Shown: positions 35,669 to 45,543, counted from the stretch's first letter. The stretch: DNA of 64,000 nucleotides from an uncultured Arachnia sp. (GCA_947493995.1 CANLTJ010000003.1:29298-93297), one strand, 5' to 3'. The notes: generated from the sequence alone by a model not told the origin. Made by a program: numbers and translations.

Positions 35669-38549
35669 GTCAACACTGAGCACCGAAGCAGCCCCTCGAC
35701 GCGGAGCCCTGTTGCCCACCATCGTGATCGTGGGCGTCGCGTTGGCGCTGCTGGTGATCTTCGCCCGCACCTGGACTGACTACCTCTGGTTCGACAGCCT
35801 CAGCTTCCGTCAGGTGTTCACGACGCAGCTCGCAGCCCAGCTCGGCCTGTTTGCGGTGTTCGGCATCGTTTTGGGCGCGGCCCTCTACGGCAGCATGGCG
35901 CTGGCTTACCGTCTGAGGCCAAGGGTCCGCCGGGCGAACCTGGACTCGGAGCTGCTGGTGCAGCTGCGGGATGTTCTGGATCGTCGTTCCAAGTTCATGA
36001 TGCTGATTCCCGCCGTTGTTCTCGGCTTCATCGGCGGCTCGGTCGCGGCTGGAATGAGCCAGACCTTCCTCGCGTGGACGCAATCGACAGCCTTCGGCAC
36101 CACAGACGCCCATTTCGGCATGGACGCCTCGTTCTACGTCTTCCAGCTTCCGTGGTGGAACTTCGTGCTCGGCTACGTCACGTTCACCGTGATCGCCGCC
36201 ACCATCGCCGCAATCCTCGTCCACTTCCTGACCGGCTCGATGACGGCCAAGGCCCTGCGCGGTGGGGGAAATGTGGATGTGCGCCAGACCGGCAATGCCG
36301 CGCAGCGCCAACTCTCCATCATGCTCGGGATCGTGCTCCTACTGTTCGCCACGTCGGCGGTGCTGGATCGCTTCAGCTACCTCACCACCACCAATGCCCT
36401 CTTCACCGGCGTCACGTACACGGACGACAACGCGCGTATCCCGGCCCACCTCATCGTCGCGGCCATCGCCGTTATCTGCGCCCTGCTGTCCTTCTACAAC
36501 GCGTACAAGGTGCGGTGGAGCATCCCAGCCGTGTCCGTGGCGTTGCTCGTCGTGAGTTCGATGATCCTGTCGATCGCCTATCCGTGGTTCATGCAGGAGT
36601 TCGACGTTGACCCCGACCAACAGGACAAGGAGAGCCCCTACATCGCGGCCAACATTGAGGCCACCAGAGCGGGATTCGGTATCGATGATGTGGAGATCAC
36701 CAACTACGAGGCCGAGACCACGTCAGAAGCGGGGCAGTTGCGAGAGGACGCCGAGGCACTCCCTGCCATCCGGTTGATGGATCCGGCCGTGGTCCCGCGC
36801 ACCTTTGAGCAGCTGCAGCAGGTCCGTGGCTACTACACATTCCCCGACACTCTCGACATCGATCGCTACGAGATCGACGGCAATGAGACGGACGCAGTGG
36901 TGGCTGTCCGCGAACTGGATCTGGACTCCGTCGAGTCCGGAGACAGCTGGAACAACATGCGTACTGTCTACACCCACGGCTACGGCATGGTTGCTGCCTA
37001 CGGCAACCAGAAACAGAGCAACGGGGAGCCAGTGTTTTTCTCCGGAGGGATCCCGACCGTCGGCCTTCTGCCAGAGCATGAACCTCGCATCTACTTCGGC
37101 GAGGAGTCCGACCACTGGGTTGTTGCCGGCGCTCCCGATGACCGTGCTCCCGTCGAGCTTGATACCCCCGGCGGTGGTGAGGAAGGTGGCGAAACGAAGT
37201 ACACCTACAACGGTGAGGGGGGCGTTCCCATCGGGAACTTCCTCACCAAGGGCCTTTTCGCGATCAGATTCGGCGACGTCAATCTGATGCTGTCTGATCG
37301 TGTCAATGAAGAGTCCAATATCCTCTTCAACCGCGTACCTCTCCAGCGAGTTCAGGAGGTTGCGCCCTGGCTCACGGTTGACTCCGATCCCTACCCCAGC
37401 GTCGTTGACGGCAAGATCGTGTGGATCGTCGATGCCTACACCACTTCTGCCAACTACCCGAACTCGACCAAGCTCGACTGGGTCAACGCCATCTCGGATG
37501 CGCGCACCGATGCTGACAGGCTGCTGATGGGCCGCCAGGTCAACTACGTCCGCAACTCGGTCAAGGCCACGGTCGACGCGTACGACGGCACGGTCACGCT
37601 GTACGAGTGGGACGAGGATGATCCGATTTTGCAAACCTGGAGGAAGGTCTTTCCGGGGGTTGTGACGGACAAGTCGGAGATTTCTCCCGAATTGGAGGCA
37701 CACCTTCGCTACCCGGCGGACCTGTTCAAGGTTCAGCGCGAGACGCTGGGCCGCTATCACACGCAGAACACCTTTACCTGGATTCAGGAGTCCGACATCT
37801 GGGCCGTTCCGAACGATCCGGTCCAGAGCACGGCAGAGGGGACCATGAAGGAACCTCCGTACTTCCTGACCATCCGCTGGCCGGGCGAGGAACAACCCCG
37901 CTTCTCCAACACGACGGTCTTCGTACCCAGAGCCCGGGAGAACCTGTCGGTCTACATGGCCGCCAACGCGGATGCGACCAGCGAGGACTACGGGAAGATC
38001 CAAGTGTTGAAGCTCTCCGACGAGAGACAGATCGCCGGACCCGGTCAGACGTTCAACGCGATCAGCACTGACGAGCAGGTGGCCAACGCCCTCCTGCCCT
38101 TCAACAGGGACGGCAGCAACGCCTCCGCGATTTACGGCAACCTGTTGACCCTGCCGGTGGGTGGCGGACTCCTCTACGTCCAGCCCATCTACACCCAGAC
38201 CACCTCCACCACGGGTGGCTATCCGGCGCTGCGATTCGTCGTCGTGCGATTCGGTGAACAGGTGGGCATTGGTCCGACGCTGCAGTCCGCGCTCGACGTG
38301 GTGTTCGAGGGCGACGCCGGGGCGGACACCGGCGAGTCGCCTGTGGATGTGGAAGATGTTCCGGGATTGGAGGATCCCGGTGCGGAACTCCCGGATGACC
38401 AGCAGGTCACAGCTCTCCTGACAGAAGCCATGGCTCTGTTCGTGGAGGCCGACCAGGCCCTGACGGCGGGTGATCTCGCGACCTACCAGTCCAAGACCGA
38501 GGAAGGTACCGCCAAGGCGGAGGAAGCGCTCGGAATACTGAACGGCTGA
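35661..38549 (+). CDS. UPF0182-family membrane protein
   Basis: TDYLWFDSL, D..FGMDASFYVF.LP, IRLMDP..V..TFEQLQQVRGYY, YTHGYG and NYVRNSVKATVDAYDG. Confidence 0.92.
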   Translation: MSESTLSTEAAPRRGALLPTIVIVGVALALLVIFARTWTDYLWFDSLSFRQVFTTQLAAQLGLFAVFGIVLGAALYGSMALAYRLRPRVRRANLDSELLVQLRDVLDRRSKFMMLIPAVVLGFIGGSVAAGMSQTFLAWTQSTAFGTTDAHFGMDASFYVFQLPWWNFVLGYVTFTVIAATIAAILVHFLTGSMTAKALRGGGNVDVRQTGNAAQRQLSIMLGIVLLLFATSAVLDRFSYLTTTNALFTGVTYTDDNARIPAHLIVAAIAVICALLSFYNAYKVRWSIPAVSVALLVVSSMILSIAYPWFMQEFDVDPDQQDKESPYIAANIEATRAGFGIDDVEITNYEAETTSEAGQLREDAEALPAIRLMDPAVVPRTFEQLQQVRGYYTFPDTLDIDRYEIDGNETDAVVAVRELDLDSVESGDSWNNMRTVYTHGYGMVAAYGNQKQSNGEPVFFSGGIPTVGLLPEHEPRIYFGEESDHWVVAGAPDDRAPVELDTPGGGEEGGETKYTYNGEGGVPIGNFLTKGLFAIRFGDVNLMLSDRVNEESNILFNRVPLQRVQEVAPWLTVDSDPYPSVVDGKIVWIVDAYTTSANYPNSTKLDWVNAISDARTDADRLLMGRQVNYVRNSVKATVDAYDGTVTLYEWDEDDPILQTWRKVFPGVVTDKSEISPELEAHLRYPADLFKVQRETLGRYHTQNTFTWIQESDIWAVPNDPVQSTAEGTMKEPPYFLTIRWPGEEQPRFSNTTVFVPRARENLSVYMAANADATSEDYGKIQVLKLSDERQIAGPGQTFNAISTDEQVANALLPFNRDGSNASAIYGNLLTLPVGGGLLYVQPIYTQTTSTTGGYPALRFVVVRFGEQVGIGPTLQSALDVVFEGDAGADTGESPVDVEDVPGLEDPGAELPDDQQVTALLTEAMALFVEADQALTAGDLATYQSKTEEGTAKAEEALGILNG

Positions 38550-38565
38550 GCGAGGCCGGGCCTGG

Positions 38566-39885
38566 TCAGCTCACGATGACCGGGTCCAGCCCCGCTGCCT
38601 GCAGTTCCGGGATGAGGACCTGCGCGGGGCCGCTGATTGCCACGCTGATCGAGTCGCGTCGCACGTGGCGACGGAACGCCTCGGTGACTTCGTGAGCGGA
38701 GGGACGCTCGAGGGCGGCGAAGTGCTCGTTGACGAAGGATGCGGGTTCGTCGACGGCCGCGAGCGCTGCAGCCTGCCGCACGATGTCGGAGGCGGTTTCG
38801 TTGGCGAGTGGTGCGATACCCACCAGATAGCGCCTGGCGTCGGAGATCTCCTCCTCATCGAAGGGCCTGTGCAACTCGAGCCCAGTCAGGAGCCGCGTCA
38901 GGGCATCGGCTGCGACATCCACACGGAAGCTGCCGCCGACGAAGAACTGCCCGTCGTTTCTTCTCGCGGCGGCGCCACCGTTGACGCCGTAGGTGTAGCC
39001 GCGTCGCTCGCGCAGTTCGAGGTTCAACCGGCTGGCGAAGCCACCGCACATCGCGTGCCCGGCCAGCTTCAGTGCCGCCCAGGCCGGATGACGACGACCC
39101 ACCGTGAGGCAGCCCGCGTGAATCGTTGCCTGGACCGTGTCCGGCATGTCGACCACCGCCACCTGGGCTGCGCGAGGCTCCGGCGTGTGAAATTCCGGCG
39201 GGGTTGAGTGTCCCCGCCAGTTCTCCAATGGCTTCAGGACGCTGCGCAGGTCGATGCCGTCGAGGTCGCCGGCGAGGACGAGCGTCGCACCTCTTCCGCC
39301 CCAGTGCGAGGCATGCCAGGCACGGACGTCGTCGCGTTCGATCGCGTTCAGAGTCTGTGGCGTCCCCGCCGAGGGCCGACCTTCCCGGTTGTCAGCCCCG
39401 AAGATGGCCTGCCGCAGGGCCTGCTTCGCCACCCAGCCGGGAGAGGCGATGCGGCTGTCGAATGCGGCAACCTGCATCTCGACGTGGTGTTCAATGTCGG
39501 CAGCTGCGAACTCCGGCTCCTGCAGAACCTCGGCCAACAGTCCCATCACAGCAGGAAGACGATGGGCGGGAGCGTCGCCGCCGAGCCGTGTATGGGTCAG
39601 GGCGGCCCCGCCGTGCAGGGCGGCGCCCTGCAGCTCGAGGAGTTCGGTGATGCGTCCGTCCGGATGGGCCCGTGTCCCCTCGTCGACCGCGTGCAAGGCG
39701 ACGGTGGCCACGCCTTCAATCGAGCGAGGCTCGGACGCAAGCGAGGTGGGCATTACCACTTCCATCGCGGCGATGTGTTGGCCGGGCAGGTCGAAGGCCC
39801 ACACCTGCATGCCGCTGTCAAGGGTCATGATCTGCGGATCGGGGAACTGCCAGGCACCTGCGAGTTCAACTGGCGGACGGTTCAT
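38566..39885 (-). CDS. M16 peptidase-like subunit (no HXXEH; inactive partner)
   Basis: LDSGMQVW, ASRLNLELRERRGYTYG; lacks the inverted zinc motif. ATGA-coupled to the upstream M16 gene. Confidence 0.82.
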   Translation of the reverse strand: MNRPPVELAGAWQFPDPQIMTLDSGMQVWAFDLPGQHIAAMEVVMPTSLASEPRSIEGVATVALHAVDEGTRAHPDGRITELLELQGAALHGGAALTHTRLGGDAPAHRLPAVMGLLAEVLQEPEFAAADIEHHVEMQVAAFDSRIASPGWVAKQALRQAIFGADNREGRPSAGTPQTLNAIERDDVRAWHASHWGGRGATLVLAGDLDGIDLRSVLKPLENWRGHSTPPEFHTPEPRAAQVAVVDMPDTVQATIHAGCLTVGRRHPAWAALKLAGHAMCGGFASRLNLELRERRGYTYGVNGGAAARRNDGQFFVGGSFRVDVAADALTRLLTGLELHRPFDEEEISDARRYLVGIAPLANETASDIVRQAAALAAVDEPASFVNEHFAALERPSAHEVTEAFRRHVRRDSISVAISGPAQVLIPELQAAGLDPVIVS

Positions 39886-41156
39886 GCGGAGACCTCCGTG
39901 GGCAGGTAGTGCAGCTGACTCGGGTCGGTCGCGAGGTGTGTCCGTACGGCGCTGCGGATGTCGTCCTCGGTCAGCGCTGCCAACTCCAGCCCGTGGTGAT
40001 TCACGTGGGCGGGGGTTCCATGGGTCAGCCAGCCGTCGTTGATCAGATCTGCTCGACCCTCGACTATGGCCAGTCCGAGCAACCATTCCCGCTCGTACTG
40101 GGCGACGGCACGAGCCAACTCCTCCGACGTGGGGCCCTCGTCGCCGAAGCGCGCCACCTGTTCGAGCAGTGCGGCCGCCGTCGCTTCGGTGGTGACACCG
40201 TCGGTGGGGCGGGCCATGAGGGTGGTGATGGAGGAGGAGCGCAGGTGGGGCAGGGAGGCGGCGTGCACCTCCTGGGCCATCCGCGCCGACCGGACGACCG
40301 ACTTGTGGAGGCGGGAGGTGGTTCCGTCGGCAAGGACAGACAGGGCAATCTCCAAGGCAAGCTGCTGCGGATGTGCGGCCGCCGGGGTGGGCCACGACAA
40401 ATATACGAGCGGGTGGGGGACCGACCCGCGGGTGACGGTGGTTCGTGGCGGCAATTCGGGGGGCGCGGAGTCGACATGCGCGGGCCGCTCCTGTGCGGGG
40501 ATGGCGCCGAACTGGGAGGCGACCATGTCGATGGCGTCCTCCGGTGTGACGGGGCCGGACAGCACGAGGCGCGCGTTGCTGGGGCGGTACCAGGCGTCGA
40601 AGAACTGCTGGACGTCGTCCACCGACGCGTCATCCAGATGTGCCATGGAGCCGATGGGCAGGTGGCCGTAGGGATGCTCGGGCGGAAAGTGCTGCGCCAC
40701 CAGGAGTTCGAGGAGGTCGCCGTATGGCTGGTTGTCGTAGCGCTGCCGCTTCTCCTCCTTCACCACTTCGCGTTGGGCAGCGAAGTTGGCTTCCGTGATG
40801 GCGAGCGAACTCATCCTGTCCGTCTCCAACCACAGTGCCAACGCCAGGGCGCCGCGGGGGACCGTCTCGAAGTAGTTTGTGCGATCCGTCGACGTGGTGG
40901 CATTCACCGAGCCGCCGTGGGCTTCCACGAGAGCCATGTGCTCTCCGCTGCCGACGTTCTTCGATCCCTGGAACATGAGGTGCTCGAAGAGGTGCGCAAA
41001 GCCGGTCAGTCCGGGATCCTCGTCGTAGGAGCCCACTTCATAGAAGATGTTGACGGCGACTGCCGGGGCTAGATGGTCGGGCTGCACGCATACCTGAAGG
41101 CCGTTGTCGAGGGTTGCTTCGACCAGTTCATAGTCGAGCTGTCGACCATCAGCCAT
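39882..41156 (-). CDS. M16 (pitrilysin/insulinase) metallopeptidase
   Basis: GFAHLFEHLMFQGS (HXXEH), NATTSTDRTNYFE, EVVKEEKR and WYRPSNA. Confidence 0.92.
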   Translation of the reverse strand: MADGRQLDYELVEATLDNGLQVCVQPDHLAPAVAVNIFYEVGSYDEDPGLTGFAHLFEHLMFQGSKNVGSGEHMALVEAHGGSVNATTSTDRTNYFETVPRGALALALWLETDRMSSLAITEANFAAQREVVKEEKRQRYDNQPYGDLLELLVAQHFPPEHPYGHLPIGSMAHLDDASVDDVQQFFDAWYRPSNARLVLSGPVTPEDAIDMVASQFGAIPAQERPAHVDSAPPELPPRTTVTRGSVPHPLVYLSWPTPAAAHPQQLALEIALSVLADGTTSRLHKSVVRSARMAQEVHAASLPHLRSSSITTLMARPTDGVTTEATAAALLEQVARFGDEGPTSEELARAVAQYEREWLLGLAIVEGRADLINDGWLTHGTPAHVNHHGLELAALTEDDIRSAVRTHLATDPSQLHYLPTEVSA

Positions 41157-41287
41157 GGGGAGTCTCCTTGGGTACCGCGGCGCCTGACAACAAAGCTGAC
41201 CGTCTGCCGCGTGAGTCTAGCGCCGTCGTCGGATTCTGCGGGTTATGCTCCCGAGAACACGAGGGTGTGGCATCGGGAGGAGATGTG

Positions 41288-41932
41288 ATGGGGGAGCCCA
41301 GGGACAGGCGCGGGCATCGTTCACGTCGAGCGTTCATCGGAGGCGCTGTAGGCGCGTTGTCGACCTCCCTCGTCGTAGGGTGCTCGAGCGATTGCCCTGT
41401 GGAATCGCCCCCTCCAGAGGAAGCCAGCGCCATACTGGCGGCACCCAAGACGGATGGTGACCTGATGCCGATGCTGGACCGCGAGCGGTTGGAAGACATC
41501 CGCCTGGACACAGTGAGGAGCCTTGGTTCTGCAGGCGATGCCGACTATTGGGTTGCCGTGTCCGAGGACGATGAGATTTGCCTCATCACCGGGTTCATCG
41601 AGGCGGAGTCATCGATAACGGCGACGTCCTGCTCAACATTGAGCAGGTTCTTCGAGACTGGTCTGGCCGGCGGGGCTCGCGGATTGGCGGCGGACGGCGA
41701 GGTGGTCTCGGAGGCGTATCTTCTGCCCGATGACGTCAACGCGGAACCACTCAGTGAACACGTGGGGGAGTACCTCGTCCCTGTTGAGGCCCCCGAAGGC
41801 ATAACGGCTGAACGCGCCACTCTGCAGGAGGAAGTGAACTTCTTCTCGTTGCGGCCGGGGGCGCGCGGCGTCCCACCGGTGGAACTCGACCGTACCTGCG
41901 GAGGCCCGTTTACCTTCAGCACCCTCATGTGA
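41288..41932 (+). CDS. Hypothetical Tat-exported lipoprotein
   Basis: RBS GGAGGA; twin-arginine SRRAFI followed by a hydrophobic stretch and lipobox VVGC. No recognised family. Confidence 0.55.
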   Translation: MGEPRDRRGHRSRRAFIGGAVGALSTSLVVGCSSDCPVESPPPEEASAILAAPKTDGDLMPMLDRERLEDIRLDTVRSLGSAGDADYWVAVSEDDEICLITGFIEAESSITATSCSTLSRFFETGLAGGARGLAADGEVVSEAYLLPDDVNAEPLSEHVGEYLVPVEAPEGITAERATLQEEVNFFSLRPGARGVPPVELDRTCGGPFTFSTLM

Positions 41933-42143
41933 CACCCCGCCGCTTTTGTGGGCGAGATTGATTGCGGTGGGCTGGGGGACAGCTGTTGAACTCTCATGAA
42001 CCCTTACACCGCACTCAGCGGTGAAGGTGTTCACGCGACGCCTCGGGACACGAAGAGGAGTAGGTCACAGGGAAGATCACCGATCCTGCCGGCAGTAGAA
42101 CTCGACGAGCGGTGGACGCCTAGTAATGCGGCGTGCGCCCTCT

Positions 42144-43691
42144 TCATTCGATGCGGCGTGTGCCGTTTTTGTCGATGGTGTAGCGGAAGCCGAGTGGTGA
42201 TGTCCAGGTGAGTTGTCCGGGGTGGGGTTGGTCACATCGCCAGAAGCCGGCGGTTTTGGCGCGGTGGGTTGTGCGGCTGAGTGGTGCGAGGTTGTCGAGT
42301 CGGGTTTGCGCGTCTCGGTTAGCGGCTTGGTAGGGATCGGTGTGGTCCAGGTCGCAGCCGCGGCTGTTCCGGTTGCTGTAGGGGAAGGCCTCGCGGGGCC
42401 AGGTGAGCTGGATTGCTTCTTTGAGCGCCTTGCTGGGCCGGTACTGGTATTGCGAGGGGATGGTGTTGAGGTCGATTACGGGGGTGATGGTGACCTGTTT
42501 CCCGTCGAGCAACTCCACCAGGGTCCGGGCTGCGACGGTGCCGGCGTCTTCGATGTCGGCTGCTGTGATGTCCGCGGTGAGGTGGATGTAGATCTGGGCT
42601 CGCGGTTGGAGTTTGGCGGGTGGGACGGTGATGGTTCCGCAGGTGTGGCCAAGGCAGTGGTGGGGATCGGTGTCGATACGGCCAGTGGCGGTGTCGATGA
42701 CCTCGTGGGCCGCGCTGTCGGCTGCGGTGGGCGGCGGTGGGGATGCCCCGTCGCTAGCGGCGACGGTGTCGTTGTTCACACAGCCGGTCCCGGCCTCGGC
42801 GCCAGCTCTTGCCGTGGCTGGGACATCATTTCCCTTTCCGGCCGTGCTGGCTGAGGTTGTGGCCGGGTCGGGTTCAGCATCAGCCAGGCCTTCGGCGACA
42901 TCATCAGCGGTGGTGCCGAAAATCGGTTGCTGCACCCCGCCTTGCAGCATCGCCAACGCGACGGCGGGATGCGCCATGATCCCGAGTGCTTTGGCACGCA
43001 ACACATCCAACGCCACTTTCGTGTATTCGGGTTTGGCGTGGAGGATCTCAGCGATGCGGGTGGCGGTGGCGTAGACGTATTTCGCGTCCAGGGCATCAAG
43101 TGTCGCGGTCAGGTTGATGGTGGCTTCATGGAACCCCCACAGTTTGACCTCCCGCGCCCGCAAACGGGCGGCTTCCTTCTCAGCCGCCATCACCGGATCC
43201 ATCTCCACGATGATCCGGTCGCACAAATCGATAGCGCCCTGCCAGCCGTAGCGATGCTGCCTCTCCACCCACAACTCCCCAGCCCGCTGGGCGGCCTTCG
43301 GGGTGAGGACCCCGAACTTGCCGGCGGCTTTCCGGGCACGGTGCGCATCCAAGCACAGGTCCTGAACTGCCTGCCACAGGTTGCGGTGGCGGTAGTACAG
43401 GTTCAAGGTTTCAAACAAGATGGCTTTGCCCTGCTGCGGGGAGCATCCCATCAACGGCCCCAACTCCATCGCGGCGAACTCCGAGATCGGGATCGTGCCG
43501 AACGAGCCGCCGGTGGCAATGTTTTCGACCAGGTCCTCGATCAGGTCATCATCGATGATGGTGTCGATGCTGGCGGTGTAATTCTGCGCCAGCGCGAGGA
43601 TGGCTCGTAGCTGGTCGGCTTTGGCTTGTTTCTCCCGCGTCAACGCCGACAGCAGCAACTGCGCCGCCTCATCGCATCTATCTTTCTCCAT
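42144..43691 (-). CDS. DUF222 / HNH endonuclease (13E12-repeat family)
   Basis: DUF222-like N-terminus (EFAAMELG..MG.S..., LRAKALG.MA) and a C-terminal HNH-like CDLDHTDPY...NLAPLSRTTHRAKT...WTSPLG. Confidence 0.82.
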   Translation of the reverse strand: MEKDRCDEAAQLLLSALTREKQAKADQLRAILALAQNYTASIDTIIDDDLIEDLVENIATGGSFGTIPISEFAAMELGPLMGCSPQQGKAILFETLNLYYRHRNLWQAVQDLCLDAHRARKAAGKFGVLTPKAAQRAGELWVERQHRYGWQGAIDLCDRIIVEMDPVMAAEKEAARLRAREVKLWGFHEATINLTATLDALDAKYVYATATRIAEILHAKPEYTKVALDVLRAKALGIMAHPAVALAMLQGGVQQPIFGTTADDVAEGLADAEPDPATTSASTAGKGNDVPATARAGAEAGTGCVNNDTVAASDGASPPPPTAADSAAHEVIDTATGRIDTDPHHCLGHTCGTITVPPAKLQPRAQIYIHLTADITAADIEDAGTVAARTLVELLDGKQVTITPVIDLNTIPSQYQYRPSKALKEAIQLTWPREAFPYSNRNSRGCDLDHTDPYQAANRDAQTRLDNLAPLSRTTHRAKTAGFWRCDQPHPGQLTWTSPLGFRYTIDKNGTRRIE

Positions 43692-43701
43692 ACACCTATT
43701 A

Positions 43702-43717
43702 TAGAACACCTGTACGA
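43702..43717. promoter_or_regulatory. LexA (SOS) box overlapping the DUF222 -10 element
   Basis: TAGAAC-ACCT-GTACGA versus actinobacterial consensus TCGAAC-N4-GTTCGA (one mismatch per half-site). It overlaps minus-strand TATAAT (43698-43703), 6 nt before the ATG. Confidence 0.7.
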
Positions 43718-43742
43718 CTAAACACCATGCTCATGATGCATC

Positions 43743-43751
43743 TGTGGATAA
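43743..43751. promoter_or_regulatory. Perfect DnaA box
   Basis: TGTGGATAA is the reverse complement of TTATCCACA. It is a single copy, so function is uncertain. Confidence 0.4.
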
Positions 43752-44305
43752 CTCCGGGAAACAAGGATGAGCATCGTTTTCGACAATGAGATCAGTCAGA
43801 TGTGAGTGGCCGGTGCCAGGGAAATCCCCGCTGAATCGGAATGAGGATCGCATCAGTTGAGCGACCCTTCGATACACGACCGCTCGTTCCCCGCCGTCGT
43901 TACTCAGGGAACGATCTGAACGGCGCCTCGACCCGACTCAGCGCAGCTCTGCCTCATCACGACTGGGAGTGCCTCGCGATCATCGATCCGGAAACCATCT
44001 GAGGGCTACCTCATCGACTCAGCGTAGGTCCCCCATCGATGTGGGTGCCAGCGATCCATTCCTGATGCAGCAGACGATGCGCCGAATGATGGGCGGGAGA
44101 GTTGCGCCCGGGCTCGCATCGCCACCATGGACAGCCACCGTCGGATGGGTTGCCGAACACCGGTCAACGCTCAGATGCGCCTGCACGGCAGTAGACTCGA
44201 CCGCGCAGGTAGGTACATCGTCCGGATGTACCCGGCGAACTCGCGGCGTCTTACGACTGGCTGGCCGCGCTCCACTGCAACGTCGAACGAGAACTGGAGC
44301 ACCCC

Positions 44306-45157
44306 ATGGCGGGAACGATATTGATCACAGGAGCCGGTACCGGCTTCGGCAAGGAAGTCGCACTACGTCTGGCTGCCCAGGGTCGGGAGGTGATCGCTGG
44401 CGTGGAGATCATTGCCCAGGTCACCGAGCTGCGTGCCGAAGCGGAGAAGCGAGGCGTGGACTTGCGGGTAGAGAAGCTGGACATCACCGACCCTGGTGAT
44501 AGGACGAAGGCGTGGTCCTGGGATGTGGAGGTGCTGCTTAACAATGCCGGGATCGCCGAGGGCGGTGCAGTCGTCGACATCCCCGAAGACCAGATTCGCC
44601 AGCAGTTCGAGGTCAACGTTTTCGGGACGATGCTGCTCACGCAGGGATTTGCTCGCACCATGGCCGCGAAGCGATCCGGCAAGATCGTGTTCGTGTCCTC
44701 GACCGCCGGGCTGATCACTGACGCATTCACCGGTACCTACTCTGCGTCCAAGCACGCGATCGAAGCGTTCGCCGATGCTTTGAACCAAGAACTTGCCGAG
44801 TTCGGCGTGGCCATCGCCACCATTAACCCGGGGCCGTATCTGACTGGGTTCAACGACACGGCGATGGAACGCTGGAAGGAATGGCGTGATGATCCCTCTG
44901 GGCGACTCTTCGACTACACGGAATTGGCGTTCCCGCGTGAGCAGTTGGACCCTGAGCCGGTGTATGACGTCGCTGTTGCGGTGCTGACGGGTGCGACTGA
45001 TCTCTACCGAAACGTGGTTCCCGACGAGATGGTCAGTGCGATCCGCGAGCAATTGGATTCGAAGTGGGAACGGCAGCAGAACGACGGCGCAACCGGTGCA
45101 CGCAGTGAATTGGTCGAGAAGGCATACGAACTCGCGCCGGCTACACCCGCGGAGTGA
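44306..45157 (+). CDS. Short-chain dehydrogenase/reductase
   Basis: ITGAGTGFG, LLNNAG, EVNVFG, SS and YSASK catalytic motif. Confidence 0.92.
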   Translation: MAGTILITGAGTGFGKEVALRLAAQGREVIAGVEIIAQVTELRAEAEKRGVDLRVEKLDITDPGDRTKAWSWDVEVLLNNAGIAEGGAVVDIPEDQIRQQFEVNVFGTMLLTQGFARTMAAKRSGKIVFVSSTAGLITDAFTGTYSASKHAIEAFADALNQELAEFGVAIATINPGPYLTGFNDTAMERWKEWRDDPSGRLFDYTELAFPREQLDPEPVYDVAVAVLTGATDLYRNVVPDEMVSAIREQLDSKWERQQNDGATGARSELVEKAYELAPATPAE

Positions 45158-45321
45158 TTCCTCAGCACCACGCAACCTCCAGCCGCGTTCCTGGGTCTAT
45201 CTGAGGTTCGGTGTCTTTTTCTCCTCTATGACAGGCGGCCATGGTCGTGAGGGGTGACACGGGAAACGTCACCGCTGGGGGCACACGGCAAAATCCGCCG
45301 GAGCGACTACGGGAGTCCGGT

Positions 45322-45531
45322 GTGTTGTCTTCGTACAGAGCGGACGGGGCAGTGGGCGTCACGCTGAACCAGCTGATGTTTCGGAACGGCATCACGCGCA
45401 AGCAGCTGGGGGAGGCATTGGGTATCACGGGCCCGGCCGCCGGTCGCAAGCTGCGCGGGGAGATTGGGTGGTCCTTGACCGACCTGTTCATCGCGGCGGA
45501 CTTCTTCCACATTGAGGTGACCGAGCTCTAG
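45322..45531 (+). CDS. XRE-family HTH protein (possible amber-truncated repressor of an integrative element)
   Basis: GTG after GGGAG (upstream ATG 45241 is possible); ITRKQLGEALGITGPAAGRKLRGEIGWSLTDLFIAADFF is an XRE/Cro-like HTH. Confidence 0.7.
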   Translation: MLSSYRADGAVGVTLNQLMFRNGITRKQLGEALGITGPAAGRKLRGEIGWSLTDLFIAADFFHIEVTEL

Positions 45532-45543
45532 CCTCGGCGAGCA

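Noticed and set aside
38566-40395. 609-aa version of the second M16 ORF
   Set aside because: The first 170 codons overlap the first M16 gene. ATG 39885 with ATGA coupling is the credible start.
41230-41282. Short matches to tRNA-fMet (GGGTTATG; GGTGTGG...CGGG) as a possible second att site
   Set aside because: The matches are only 7-8 nt and occur in the reverse order relative to the tRNA, so they are not a colinear duplication.
41997-42033. Bulged hairpin TGAACCCTTACACCGC-ACTCA-GCGGTGAAGGTGTTCA as an sRNA or REP element
   Set aside because: It is a single copy between convergent genes, so it is most simply a terminator-like structure.
42126-42162. Direct repeat ATGCGGCGTG near the DUF222 stop as a target-site duplication
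   Set aside because: It is only 10 nt, one copy lies inside the ORF end, and there is no matching copy at the other side of the gene.
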